A stretch of DNA of 64,000 nucleotides from contig CAVYES010000002.1 of assembly GCA_963767735.1 (NCBI GenBank), forward strand, positions 160,001-224,000, in the 5' to 3' direction. Position numbers and translations under genes: made by a program. Positions 1-10,436 of this stretch are shown piece after piece (positions within the stretch are counted from its first letter, which is position 1; each line of letters starts with the position of its first letter). The notes beneath the pieces were generated by a model. The model did not search any database, was not told the origin of the DNA, and saw nothing but the letters and a program-made list of their open reading frames with translations. This DNA comes from Candidatus Bathyarchaeota archaeon. GTDB lineage: Archaea; Thermoproteota; Bathyarchaeia; Bathyarchaeales; Bathycorpusculaceae.

Positions 1-212
1 ACGTGAACGATACAATCTGGGGTTTATTCCCATCTTACAACTACGCGTCAACTCAAAAAATATGGGACGACACGCAAAACTTACTATCTATATACGGTGA
101 CAAATTAAACATCATTTACGATGACCCCCAAACTATTGGAACAACCGTAGGGATCCAGCAGTGATTAAACAATTACACAAAAGTTTTTTACTGGAACCAA
201 ACAATTGTATGA
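1..212 (+). CDS. 3' end of a hypothetical protein (partial, with an in-frame TGA at 162-164)
   Basis: Frame 3 is open from the window start: VNDTIWGLFPSY...KIWDDTQNLLSIYGDKLNIIYDDP...QQ*LNNYTKVFYWNQTIV*. The part after the TGA still reads like a protein C-terminus. Confidence 0.55.
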
Positions 213-373
213 AACTCTCTAGTAAACGTGAAATTTTCATACTTGGCTTCCCCAAAAAAAGTTCGCTCTTGATCAAGCGGCGGGTAAACGAATTTGGGGC
301 AACTTGCAATTCTGAATGGAAAATTTTAAAAGCTTCATTTTTACGTAAATAAGTTACTTGCGAATTTATTGGG

Positions 374-1663
374 ATGACTGAAATGAAAAGAATGATATGT
401 GTGGTTCTTCTGGGGATTTTGTGTTTATCGATGTTTTCAGCTTTCACGTCAAATGTGAAGGCGCAGTCGACAGTGGACTGGTGGTCCACATTCCGTCATG
501 ACCTAACGCACACGGGTGCCTCCACTTCGACGGCGCCATTTACAAATCAGGTCCTGTGGAATTACACGACGGGCAATACTATCGATTATTCTTCACCTGC
601 CGTGATGAACGGGATAGTTTATGTTGGATCAACTGACGACTACGTTTACGCTTTGAACGCTGCAACCGGCGGATACATCTGGAGCTACAAAACCGGCAGT
701 TCCGTAGATTCTTCCCCCACGGTTGTCAACGGCGTAGTCTACATAGGTTCAGAAGACCACAAGGTTTACGCTTTGAACGCCGCAACAGGCACCAAAGAAT
801 GGAGCTACTCAACCGGCGACAAGGTGGAGTCTTCTCCCACGGTTGCTAACAGCGTAGTCTACATCGGCTCAGACGACAACAAAATGTACGCTTTAAACGC
901 CGCAACAGGCACCAAAGAATGGAGCTACAGCACAGGCGGCTCCGTGGTTTCGTCTCCCGCAGTTGTCAACGGCGTAGTTTACTTTGGTTCAGAAGACGAC
1001 TACGTTTACGCTTTGAACGCTGCAACCGGCGTTAAGGAATGGAGTTATGAAACCGGCGATTACGTGGATTCCTCTCCCGCAGTTGTCAACAGCGTAGTCT
1101 ACATCGGTTCAGACGACTACAATGTTTATGCTTTGAGCGCTACAACTGGCACCGAAATGTGGGTGTTCGGCACAGGCGATCAGGTGGTTTCTTGTCCCGC
1201 CGTTGCTAATGGTGTGGTCTACATCGGCTCGGAAGACTACAACGTGTACGCTTTGAACGCAGTTTCAGGCAGCAAAATATGGAGTTACAGCACAGGTAGC
1301 CAAGTGGAGTCTTCTCCTGCGGTTGCTAACGGCGTGGTTTATGTTGGCTCAGACGACGACAACGTTTACGCACTGAACGCTACAACAGGCGCTACAGTAT
1401 GGACTTACGGGACCCTTAATCTTGTAGATTCTTCTCCCGCGGTTTCAAACGGCGTGGTCTATGTTGGCTCAAACGACGACGACCTTTACGCCTTTGGTGC
1501 AATTACGGTTCCTCAGCCATCCCCAATTGTGCCCTCTCCAACAATACCCGAGGTGCCTAACCAAATGCTAGGCTTATCATTAGTTGCAGTTATGGCATGT
1601 GCGTCATTTGCTGTAATTGTCATAAAAAGAAAGAGAATAAACGGTAAAATTCTGCAAGGATAG
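374..1663 (+). CDS. Secreted PQQ-like (BamB-type) beta-propeller repeat surface protein with a C-terminal PE-TM-basic sorting signal
   Basis: Signal peptide; about 8 tandem 40-aa (120-bp) repeats SSPAVxNGVVYIGSxDxxVYALNAATGxxxWSY; C-terminal IPEVP, hydrophobic helix and KRKR (PEF-CTERM-like). Confidence 0.9.
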   Translation: MTEMKRMICVVLLGILCLSMFSAFTSNVKAQSTVDWWSTFRHDLTHTGASTSTAPFTNQVLWNYTTGNTIDYSSPAVMNGIVYVGSTDDYVYALNAATGGYIWSYKTGSSVDSSPTVVNGVVYIGSEDHKVYALNAATGTKEWSYSTGDKVESSPTVANSVVYIGSDDNKMYALNAATGTKEWSYSTGGSVVSSPAVVNGVVYFGSEDDYVYALNAATGVKEWSYETGDYVDSSPAVVNSVVYIGSDDYNVYALSATTGTEMWVFGTGDQVVSCPAVANGVVYIGSEDYNVYALNAVSGSKIWSYSTGSQVESSPAVANGVVYVGSDDDNVYALNATTGATVWTYGTLNLVDSSPAVSNGVVYVGSNDDDLYAFGAITVPQPSPIVPSPTIPEVPNQMLGLSLVAVMACASFAVIVIKRKRINGKILQG

Positions 1664-1813
1664 CCACCCAGAAAATCATCAAAGCTCCCTCATTTGTGCT
1701 GCAAAAGACAAAAACAAAGTTTAGAAAAAGGCAGTTTAGATAAGCCTTAAGCGTAGGTACAACATTTAAGCAACAAGTCTACGTATTCACAGAGGTTAGG
1801 AGCGCTCGGGGTA

Positions 1814-4800
1814 TTGGAAGAGAAAGCAAGCAAGTCAAATCCTGAGACCATAGAAGGTTTGCCTTCGCTTGACGCGTCGGGAATAGCTGAGTTTATCCGT
1901 TTTGACTGTTGTCCCCGCTACTTCAAACTCCGATTTGACGATAAAGAAGAGAAAAAATGCAGGTGGCCTGAAGCATTCCACAAACCGCTCAGCCCTCTAC
2001 TGTATACTGCGGGTAAAACCTTAGAGTTCAAAACGGTAAAGGACCTTAAAACGAAAGCGGCCGACTACCAAGACTTCACCTGCTATGACCCAAAAAAGCA
2101 AACCGAAGGGTGGAAAAGCGCTTGGTCAGAATCGCTTCAAGCAATAAGAGGAATTATTGAAAGTGCACTTTCCGCTGACAGCAACACATTGTACAAGCCA
2201 GTTTTAATTTATCAAGCTCCTATGAAGGGGCATATCGGTTTATGGGAGATAAAAGGCATAGCTGACTTAATCAGCGTGTGGCCAAGCAAAAACGGCAAAG
2301 TTAAAATCCGCATTTTTGAAATAAAATCCTCTTGGAAAGAGCAGACCGCCCACCGAATACAAGTTGCAATCTACGTGCTTTTGCTAACCAAGTCCTTAGA
2401 AGGTCTTGCCGGCAAAATTGAATTTGAAGGCGGCGTGATTAACAAAGAATCAGATTTAAAGAAACTTGAGCCTCAAAGCCTTCCCTCTTTCAGGCTTGAG
2501 CCTTTAATCCAAGATGTTCAAAGGCTCCTCAGCGAAGACGGTGAACTTTACAGAATCCACCAAATTCTCCTTTCAGAAGTGCCGTATCAGTTGTCTTGGC
2601 GATGTGACAACTGCGGCTTTAACGAATGCTGCGTTGTACGCGCAATTGAAAAAGAGAGCGTGGCCCTGCTTAATTTAACTCGGGGAGAACAAAAAGCCCT
2701 AAAACAGCAGGGGATTTCACGTCTTGAGGATTTAGCAAAGCTGAAGGTAATGCCTAAACCAGAGGAGCAGCGCCCCTATAACTTTAAGGAAATTCCTGCT
2801 TTAGACCCCCAAAAAGTCCAGTTGCTGTCTGCTGACCCCGTTATCGGCGGTAAACTTGACAGGTTAATTCAAAGGGCTCAATTCATGTTAAGCGGAATAC
2901 GCCCAAACAGCCCATACGTAAACAAAGTCAGAGCGATGCCGTGGTTGACAGGCACGGGATATGGAACGTTGCCTGAAGATAGCCCCCAAAATGGCGCAGA
3001 TACGGCGCTTTCGTTTAGACCCGACGGCATGATCCGCGTTTACCTTCACGTTGAATGGGACTTTTTGCAGAATATCATATCCATGATCAGCGCTCGAGTA
3101 AGCTGCACCAGATACCGGGGGCAACCGATAAGTCTCTCAAAAATTGTTGCCGCTCTTCCAGAACTGCAGGAAGAATGCCGTATCCAAGAAAAAAATATGC
3201 TTGAGGTATTCTTTGCCGACCTCATTAAAGCCATCAACGCTATTGCAGTGGAGGTTGGAAGCCCCGATGAGGCGCCTATTCACCTTTACTTCTACACAAG
3301 GCAAGAGCGGGATCACCTTATGGATGCAGTACGACGGCACTCTCTTATGATGACCACTGCACTTGCCGTCCAGGACCTTTTAGGTTTAAGGCAAGCAATA
3401 GATCAACCCATGTTCTCAATTTTACAAGATGAAATTACTCTTCGAAAAGCCGTCGGGTACCCAAGCACAGGGCTTCTGCCCGTCGTTAAACAGTCAGGGT
3501 TCTTTGACACAAACCAATGGGTAGTTAAACGTAAAGACGGAACACTTCTTGACCTTCGACGGGTTTTCCGTGAGGGATTCTTCAACTTCGAAATGCTCTA
3601 CACTAGAAACCCAGACGGTTCAATGTCGTTTTTGCTCGGCTCCGATGATGCAAGACACTCAGAAGGCTATTATCCCGGGCGGGCACGTTTCGGCAACCAG
3701 ATTCCCATTGAATACTTGTGGGCTGCCAAAGGACGCCTTGACAGCAGCAAAGAAACGGATCAAAAGAAAATTATTATGGTGCAGAAACGCATGTGGTGCG
3801 ACTATCCACATAACACCCGAAGAATCAGCGATGAAGACATAACCATACTCGGAGAGCGGCTATGTTTAGCTCTTGAACATTTAGAGCGGTCACTGAACAT
3901 ACGCAATCGACGCTTAGGCAAAAAGCCAATAGCTATTCCAAAAATTGCCGAGTTCACATTGGGGCAAGCAACATTAGAGAGGAGCTGCCGAGAATTTTTG
4001 GATTTAGAGTATTTTGACAAACGCCAAGACCTGTATCAACATTACGCTTTGCTTCCCTGCCAGCGGGTATCTTCAGGGCGATCAGTGATTTTTGAGTGTT
4101 TAAGCGCGGAAGAATTCGATCGAGATTTCGTTGTTACTGGCAAGCTGATTTATGAGGGGCTTGGGTTGCCCAAGTCAGAATGTATTGTTAACGCTTGCCG
4201 TGTTAAGGGATCTGACGATTCAGGCTCTGGTGACTGGATGGTTGCCACCGAAATTCGAGTAAATGAGCAGGGCCAATTTGAGGAAGCTAAACTTAGATCG
4301 CCGTCGCAGGTGGAACAATCCGCTCGTGTTATCGTTGAAAAAGTTGATTTAAGGAAAATGGAGATAACCCTCAAAGTGGTCAGTTGGCCCAGCGGCAAAA
4401 GCAGGAGGTACAGCTCTTGGCATGATCTTCCAACCACCGACAAAACCAAAGCTGCCAACAGCAAGCATATGCAGCTCTTTGAGGTAGGTCGAAAATACAT
4501 TTTAGATGATTTAGCCGATGACATTATTTCAGAGCGGGCAGCCAAATGCCTCGACTACGCAGCCGATAACACACTTTACTGCCTATTATCGGGTTTTTTG
4601 GCAGGTGCAAATAAACCTCCACGATGTACTCCATTAGTCAAGGAGCATGCGAAAGCTTTCTTAGGCTGGGTTGTACACTCAAAGCTGCCGCCTAAGCCCG
4701 AACAGGCTCGCCTCATAAACCGCGTTTTTGACAATGAGCAAGTTGTTATGCTTCAAGGACCGCCAGGAACAGGTAAAACCGAGACGTTGCAGTTAGCAGT

Positions 4801-6172
4801 TCTTGCCCATATTGCCGCGCACAGAGCGGTCGGCAGATGCCGCGTGCTGATGGTTGCGCCAACACATAAAGCAATTCATGAATTTGTTACCAAGCTAGCT
4901 AAGACCTGGCGAACCTACCGCAAAGAAGGCGGAGATGACTTGGCCGATCTGAGAATTTATCGTGTTTTGAACAACGCGGTTAAAGCTGTTGACGGCGTCA
5001 AATACGTTAACTATAATGAAGATGACGAGGTAGTTGCCGAACTAAAAGATGCCTTGTCAAATCAAGACACGTTAGTTTCCAATTCAGCGAGTGCTTTTCC
5101 TCTGGTTTTATGTGTAACGCCGCCTGGCCTGTACGGTCTTATGAAGAAAATCGGCGGCAAGGAGCCATCTTGGGATGAGGGCTTTTTTGATTTACTGGTG
5201 GTCGACGAGGCAAGCATGATGCGGCTTCCCGAGTTGATTCTTTCAGGCGCATTCGTCAACAAGAACGCTCAGATCCTGGTTGCAGGAGACCATCGGCAGT
5301 TGCCGCCTATTCAATCGCATAATTGGGAAAAAGAGGATCGGCGAACCATTGAGGAGATGGCTTCGTTCTTATCTGCTATGGATTTCCTTCGTTTACTACG
5401 TCAAGAAGACCTGGGAATTGACCATGTTAAATCTCTGCATAAAGCTGATATCCCAACTGAGCGGCTGAGCGAAACTCATCGATGCCACCAAGTAGTTGCG
5501 CAGTTTCTGAAAGAATGGGTATACAACAAAGACGGCATTGATTTTCGTTCTGACCAAACACAGACTCTTCCTTCAGTGGCTTCTTCAACTGAGGGGTTGA
5601 AAGTTGTTTTGGAACCAGAGAATGTTTTTGTCCTCGTTATCCATGACGAGATGGAGAGTTTTCAGTCAAATTTAGTTGAGGCAAAGATTGTCGACGCATT
5701 AGTTCGTAGCGGTGTAAAGTCGGAAGGTGTGGGGGTAGTTACTCCGCATAATGCTCAAAGAGGCGTGGTCAAGAATTTGCTGCTTGACGGTTACGAAAAC
5801 GTGCGGGTTGATACAGTTGAGAGGTATCAAGGGGGAGAAGGCGATTTCATAATCATATCCTCCACTGTAAGCGACCCGGACTACGTGCGCACAGAAAGTG
5901 ACTTCTTGCTAAACTTAAACCGCATAAACGTCGCCATTTCCCGTATGAAAAAGAAACTTGTGATCGTTGCAAGCCGATCAATTTTCGAGTTTATGCCTCA
6001 AGACGCCAAAGACTACGATAAAGCCCTACTGTGGAGAGGCATAGCCCAAACTGTAGGTTTCACCGCAAACGCCAACCCAAAATGGAAGGGTTCCTTATCT
6101 GACTTTTTAGGAAAAACCGCTCCAAAAGTTGAGGTTGAAGTTTACGCTAAACCCAGCAACAACGAGGTTTAG
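1814..6172 (+). CDS. Cas4/RecB-like nuclease fused to an SF1 (Dna2/Upf1-like) helicase
   Basis: N-terminal CCPRY...GIADL...FEIKSS...QVAIY...CDNCGFNECC (PD-(D/E)xK plus Fe-S cysteines). C-terminal QGPPGTGKT, VVDEASM, GDHRQLPP, VTPHNAQ, TVERYQGGE, NRINVAISR. Confidence 0.9.
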   Translation: MEEKASKSNPETIEGLPSLDASGIAEFIRFDCCPRYFKLRFDDKEEKKCRWPEAFHKPLSPLLYTAGKTLEFKTVKDLKTKAADYQDFTCYDPKKQTEGWKSAWSESLQAIRGIIESALSADSNTLYKPVLIYQAPMKGHIGLWEIKGIADLISVWPSKNGKVKIRIFEIKSSWKEQTAHRIQVAIYVLLLTKSLEGLAGKIEFEGGVINKESDLKKLEPQSLPSFRLEPLIQDVQRLLSEDGELYRIHQILLSEVPYQLSWRCDNCGFNECCVVRAIEKESVALLNLTRGEQKALKQQGISRLEDLAKLKVMPKPEEQRPYNFKEIPALDPQKVQLLSADPVIGGKLDRLIQRAQFMLSGIRPNSPYVNKVRAMPWLTGTGYGTLPEDSPQNGADTALSFRPDGMIRVYLHVEWDFLQNIISMISARVSCTRYRGQPISLSKIVAALPELQEECRIQEKNMLEVFFADLIKAINAIAVEVGSPDEAPIHLYFYTRQERDHLMDAVRRHSLMMTTALAVQDLLGLRQAIDQPMFSILQDEITLRKAVGYPSTGLLPVVKQSGFFDTNQWVVKRKDGTLLDLRRVFREGFFNFEMLYTRNPDGSMSFLLGSDDARHSEGYYPGRARFGNQIPIEYLWAAKGRLDSSKETDQKKIIMVQKRMWCDYPHNTRRISDEDITILGERLCLALEHLERSLNIRNRRLGKKPIAIPKIAEFTLGQATLERSCREFLDLEYFDKRQDLYQHYALLPCQRVSSGRSVIFECLSAEEFDRDFVVTGKLIYEGLGLPKSECIVNACRVKGSDDSGSGDWMVATEIRVNEQGQFEEAKLRSPSQVEQSARVIVEKVDLRKMEITLKVVSWPSGKSRRYSSWHDLPTTDKTKAANSKHMQLFEVGRKYILDDLADDIISERAAKCLDYAADNTLYCLLSGFLAGANKPPRCTPLVKEHAKAFLGWVVHSKLPPKPEQARLINRVFDNEQVVMLQGPPGTGKTETLQLAVLAHIAAHRAVGRCRVLMVAPTHKAIHEFVTKLAKTWRTYRKEGGDDLADLRIYRVLNNAVKAVDGVKYVNYNEDDEVVAELKDALSNQDTLVSNSASAFPLVLCVTPPGLYGLMKKIGGKEPSWDEGFFDLLVVDEASMMRLPELILSGAFVNKNAQILVAGDHRQLPPIQSHNWEKEDRRTIEEMASFLSAMDFLRLLRQEDLGIDHVKSLHKADIPTERLSETHRCHQVVAQFLKEWVYNKDGIDFRSDQTQTLPSVASSTEGLKVVLEPENVFVLVIHDEMESFQSNLVEAKIVDALVRSGVKSEGVGVVTPHNAQRGVVKNLLLDGYENVRVDTVERYQGGEGDFIIISSTVSDPDYVRTESDFLLNLNRINVAISRMKKKLVIVASRSIFEFMPQDAKDYDKALLWRGIAQTVGFTANANPKWKGSLSDFLGKTAPKVEVEVYAKPSNNEV

Positions 6173-6321
6173 ATACCTGCGATTAATCAGAAGATTTAAA
6201 CAAAATCGTTAAAATTTAGGAAACGGATAGTTCAGTAGCCTAAGAACGGCGGGTGCAGTTGACTGTACTGAGCATATTTTTTTAGCTATATTATCTCGCA
6301 GGGTTGATGCTCAGATATATT

Positions 6322-6549
6322 TTATGTTTCGATTAGTTGACGCTCAATTTCTGAGCCAGTTTCAACATAGAACTCCATTGGCGTTTGTGCACGGTTCAAG
6401 ACTTTAAACCTGCTTTCAAAAGCCGTGACTAAATCGTCTGCCAGCATCATTTGGAGCTCTTTGGACAATGGCTGCATTGCTTCACTAAGAAGAGCTAAGA
6501 TTTTATTTTCAAGTTCTTTTCTACTTTTTTCGTCTAAATCTTCTTTCAT
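6322..6549 (-). CDS. Small helical hypothetical protein (paralog of 19102-19281)
   Basis: RKELE...L..DDLVTAFESR..VLNRA is shared with the ORF at 19102; purine-rich RBS upstream. Confidence 0.8.
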   Translation of the reverse strand: MKEDLDEKSRKELENKILALLSEAMQPLSKELQMMLADDLVTAFESRFKVLNRAQTPMEFYVETGSEIERQLIET

Positions 6550-6674
6550 TTAGTTCCTCTCTAAAAATAATAGAAACAAAGTGGTTTAACTATTTTATTA
6601 CAGCAAAATATGAATTCAAAATCAGCTTTTTAAATTCAAATTGATCAGCTTTTCAGCAGGATAGTTTTCTTATA

Positions 6675-6940
6675 TTAATTTGTGCCGATGATGCATATTT
6701 GGACGCGGAAGTTTGTGAGGCCGACTTCCGTTGGGGGTACGGTGAGAGTTAAGGTCGCTGGTGTTGTTTGTCCGGGTTGGAGTATTGTGCCTTCTTGGTT
6801 CCACGTTATTGTTATTGTTCCGTTTGCGGTTGTGGGGCTCCAGTTAGACGTCGTCATGTTTAGAGTTAGCGCAACGCCGCTGCTGCTGTTTTTTGATGTA
6901 GATTGTTTGCGTGGTGGTTCCGCCGGCGGTTAGGATCCCC
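6675..6940 (-). pseudogene. 5'-truncated surface-protein gene fragment (Thr-rich beta-sandwich type)
   Basis: Reads GILTAGGTTTQTIYIK, then +1 A in a run, then NSSSGVALTLNMTTSNWSP...TNFRVQICIIGTN*. No start codon; coding stops where repeat element A begins. Confidence 0.65.
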
Positions 6941-6941
6941 C

Positions 6942-7296
6942 GCGCGCTGCTCTATCTCTAATTTTTGGTGTGGTTATCGTTTGTACAGAGTTGTTGTGTC
7001 GCAAATTTTTGTTCAGGCTGTTTTAGGTTGCTTTTTTGAAGCAGAGCCAAAATTGTTTGCAGGTTGCGTCAACAAAAGTCAAAGAAAGTCAATAGACGTC
7101 AAGAAAAGTCAAAAGCACGCTGATTTGTCCCTAAAATACCACGAACAAAGTCAGAAGCATATAAAACGTTGCATGCTACGCCTTGTACAGCATATTGTGC
7201 TTGATTCTGAACAGAGGCCGCAGAAAACATCGGCAGGCACGACAAAGAGTCTCTCCTACTTTCTTCAACACATCATATCGGGAAAAGGCAGCGCGC
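6942..7296. mobile_element. Element A: partial or degenerate copy of the MITE-like element at 37546-38061
   Basis: Left end GCTCTATCTCTAATTTTTGGTG matches the termini of element B. Carries the 50-nt cassette (7017-7066) and five GTCAA at 10-bp spacing. A 9-bp inverted repeat gcgcgctgc/gcagcgcgc lies at 6942 and 7288. Right boundary uncertain. Confidence 0.55.
7067..7116. repeat. 10-bp-period array, 5 x NGTCAANNNN
   Basis: GTCAA starts at 7068, 7078, 7088, 7098 and 7108. Confidence 0.85.
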
Positions 7297-7392
7297 TTCT
7301 GCTTCGGCAAGTTTTTGCGTGACCCAACCTTCGGCTGCCGGTGTTCGGGTTAGTTTTTGGTATTCGTGCGTTATGGTTTGTTCTTGCTTATT

Positions 7393-8952
7393 CTATGTGA
7401 AGTTTATAGCTACCGTAGTGGTGGCGCCTGTGACTGCGATTTCTCCATTCGAATAGTCCCAACCACTGGAAGTTGGAGCACCGTTAATGTCTACTGATGA
7501 AGGTGACGCGTTAACGGAAAATGTTTGGCTTCCGCTTCCGCTAACCGCGTAGTTTATGCTGTTCGAGTCGTAGTTGTTTATCACTATATTTGCGCCCAGC
7601 GCAGTTACCGTAAAGGATGAAGTAGCGCCGTTCAGAGTCAAATTGTTAAAAGTAAGCGCGTCGCCGTTTTGGCTGAAACCATTCAGGGTAATTGACTTGG
7701 CGAAGCTTACACTGTGGTCGTTTGCTTCCAAAAAATTAGTGTTAGCCGTGACGCTGACGGTTGATGGTGAATAACGAGTAAGGTTCGCTGAAAAATTGAA
7801 CTGGTTTTTTGGGTCAGTTAAGTACTGCGGGATTCCATAAGTCTGATAGGTGTAAGCGTTTACAACTGGGTTTGCGGGGTTGCTCATGTTGAAAGTGTAA
7901 ATTCGCGCGGTCGCTGCACCCGTTTGTTTGTCTACTTCTTGTCGGTTGAAGAAGATTTCTTCTCTGTGCCCTACTCTTTTATTGTCTGCTAATCCAGTAC
8001 TAATGCTGTGACCATTTATAGTCATAAACACGTTGGGGTAATTATTTAGTAGGTTTTCAAAGTTGGTTGCCCACGCCTCGTCTGGAGGGTAAAAGGGCAA
8101 GCCATATTCGCCTGCTCCATTAAGAAAATTGTGTGTTGCTACGATCACGTTAACGTTTGGATTGCATTCAAGAAGAGTTTCCATCCAATCTAAGACGGTT
8201 GGATTAGCATCATATTCGATGTTAATAACCATAAAGTGGTAATTGTCATAACTAAATTTTACAGCTGTGTCTTTGCCATAGTTAATGTCACCCACCCAGT
8301 AAGGTTGCTGCCTCATAGCTGTGACGTTAAAAGCAGGGTAGTTTCCTCCTAGCCACCCTGAGTTCGGATTCCCTAAGCCGATTGTTCCGTTATTAAATTG
8401 GTCGTGGTTCCCAGCGTCCCAACAGTAAGGAACGCCATTGTTGTAGAGCGTCATCATGGCATTGTTGGCGAAGGTCCAATCAACCGTAGAAGAGGCATCC
8501 TGTACAATGTCACCCGTGTGAACAACCATCGTGGTATTCAAAGCGCCGCTATTATCCGCTATCCAACTAGTTAACCCATCAAATAAGGCCGGGTCAGAAT
8601 CACTCAAATATTGAGTATCCGTAATCTGAATCACGCTAAACCCATCAACCGAGCTCTCTAAATTTGCTGTCTCTTTTAGCGAAGGAAATTGGTTTTCCAT
8701 GCTTGCTATTGAAGCGTTCAAGCTTGAAATTGTAGAGTTCAATAAATCAATTTCTGATTTTTCTGATGCTATTTGTTTCTGAAGACTGGATAATGTTGAT
8801 ACGTAATTAGCCACCAAAACCCCCATGATAATTAATAGTGCGATGCAAAATGCTCCGATTTCCAAAGCAACTTTTCTGCTTACAACTTTTTTTCTGCTCA
8901 CAAGATTTCGCTGCCCTTCACATAGACCTTTACATTCAGATAACTTAGGCAT
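7393..8952 (-). CDS. Membrane-anchored extracellular calcineurin-like metallophosphoesterase
   Basis: N-terminal TM and coiled coil; ITDTQY, HTGDIV, GNHD, VATH and NGH motifs; Ser/Thr-rich C-terminal beta domain. Confidence 0.85.
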   Translation of the reverse strand: MPKLSECKGLCEGQRNLVSRKKVVSRKVALEIGAFCIALLIIMGVLVANYVSTLSSLQKQIASEKSEIDLLNSTISSLNASIASMENQFPSLKETANLESSVDGFSVIQITDTQYLSDSDPALFDGLTSWIADNSGALNTTMVVHTGDIVQDASSTVDWTFANNAMMTLYNNGVPYCWDAGNHDQFNNGTIGLGNPNSGWLGGNYPAFNVTAMRQQPYWVGDINYGKDTAVKFSYDNYHFMVINIEYDANPTVLDWMETLLECNPNVNVIVATHNFLNGAGEYGLPFYPPDEAWATNFENLLNNYPNVFMTINGHSISTGLADNKRVGHREEIFFNRQEVDKQTGAATARIYTFNMSNPANPVVNAYTYQTYGIPQYLTDPKNQFNFSANLTRYSPSTVSVTANTNFLEANDHSVSFAKSITLNGFSQNGDALTFNNLTLNGATSSFTVTALGANIVINNYDSNSINYAVSGSGSQTFSVNASPSSVDINGAPTSSGWDYSNGEIAVTGATTTVAINFT

Positions 8953-9417
8953 CTAATTTCTTTTTAAATTTTTGCTGAAAGTGCATGCAGACCCGAAAGA
9001 ATTAACCAGAGCAGGTAGGCTCTTAGAAGGTAAAATCGAACTTTATTAATGTCATTTTTTACCTTCACGCACTCAAGATCCTCATCATCCGCTGTGTCTT
9101 CGGGGCCAGAGTCGTCATCGCCCACCCGAAACAGAAAACAACCTAAAAGCTTCTTAAGGTTTGTGACCTTTCGGCTTGAACAGGAGTTATTTTCGTTTTG
9201 CAGAGTACATAATGCGAAGTGCAATTCCTGCGGCAATTAGAATTGCAGGATACGCCGCATAAATAAAAACATTGAAAAAATCCAAATTCAAAACTTAAAG
9301 CAAAAATAACAGGTTTTCATGACTCAAGACCTAATGGTGCTTATTCACCGAACAGGTTACGTGTGAGGGCGCATCAACTAATTTAGAGCCCATAAAGAAA
9401 GATTTGTGAAGGACTGC

Positions 9418-9549
9418 TTAATATTTTGAGGTAAGCCTAACGCATATTGCACCGCCACAACGCGGGCATCTTTCGCTTTTTTCTCGGCTAATTTTACCGC
9501 AGTTCAAGCAGACATATTCTTCACCGAATCTTACACCGTATTGTTCCAA
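9418..9549 (-). CDS. Small zinc-ribbon protein (not in the ORF track)
   Basis: (L)EQYGVRFGEEYVCLNCGKISREKSERCPRCGGAICVRLTSKY*, with two CxxC. An ATG at 9574 is one base out of frame. Confidence 0.65.
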   Translation of the reverse strand: MEQYGVRFGEEYVCLNCGKISREKSERCPRCGGAICVRLTSKY

Positions 9550-9713
9550 AATTGGCTTTTCTTGTTACGCTCATTTTGGATCCCTACCAAAAATAAATTT
9601 TGGATAAAACAGCGGCTTTTTGGAGGTTTTTGCCTTCAACCGCTTTATTTCAGCCTCTTTTTTGCTTAGACCAATGGCTTGCTAACGTGCCGTGGCTTAG
9701 CCTTTTTCGGTTA

Positions 9714-10280
9714 TCACAAGGGCACTTTGATTTTATCAATAAATCGATGCTGCAGCTTGGTAATTTTCGGGGCAATCACAGCTTGGCAATACGGCTCTCT
9801 TGGGTGTTTTTTATAGTAGTCTTTATGGTACGTTTCAGCATTGTAGAATACTTTGAGCGGCTCGACGCTGGTAACAATGGGTTTATCCCAAATATCCTCT
9901 TTGGTGAGTTCATCAATCAGTTTTTCAGCCGTGGCTTTCTGCTCTGCGCTATGGTAGAAAATCGCTGACCTGTATTGCGTTCCAACGTCTGCTCCTTGTC
10001 GATTCAACGATGTTGGATCATGTATTGTGAAGAATATTTCCAGGATTTCTTTGTAACTGATTACTTTTGGGTCAAAAAATATCTGTGCAGCCTCAGCATG
10101 TCCAGTTGTGCCAGTCGAAACTTGCTCATACGATGGGTTGGTTACTGTGCCGCCTGTGTAGCCCGGTTCGATTCGCTCTACGCCTTTTATTATGCTGTAG
10201 GCGGCTTCAGTGCACCAGAAGCAGCCAGCGGCAAGCGTTGCAACCTCCAAATTTTTGTTATCGCTAGGCTGTTGAGTCAT
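9714..10280 (-). CDS. msrA: Peptide-methionine (S)-S-oxide reductase
   Basis: GCFWC, GTTGHAE, HDPT, QYRS and YHKDYY motifs. Confidence 0.97.
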   Translation of the reverse strand: MTQQPSDNKNLEVATLAAGCFWCTEAAYSIIKGVERIEPGYTGGTVTNPSYEQVSTGTTGHAEAAQIFFDPKVISYKEILEIFFTIHDPTSLNRQGADVGTQYRSAIFYHSAEQKATAEKLIDELTKEDIWDKPIVTSVEPLKVFYNAETYHKDYYKKHPREPYCQAVIAPKITKLQHRFIDKIKVPL

Positions 10281-10436
10281 ACTTCATCTCCCTAAAAAAT
10301 AGGTCAATGCCTACTGTAACGCTCAATAGTTTTGAATTTAATTGTTTGTGGCTGTCATGACACAACAACTAGCTTTCAACTACTGATCCAATGAAGTTTC
10401 TTCACGGATTTCAAGCTCTTTATGAGCAGATCATAC

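Noticed and set aside
590-1500. Regular 120-bp DNA repeats as a possible array
   Set aside because: They are the coding repeats of the beta-propeller blades.
6903-7322. 139-aa ORF over element A as a possible transposase
   Set aside because: No recognisable motif; the translation just reflects the repeat DNA.
8964-9240. Overlapping 90-aa and 63-aa ORFs with an acidic or Ser-rich patch
   Set aside because: No family features or clear RBS, so I cannot support a gene call.
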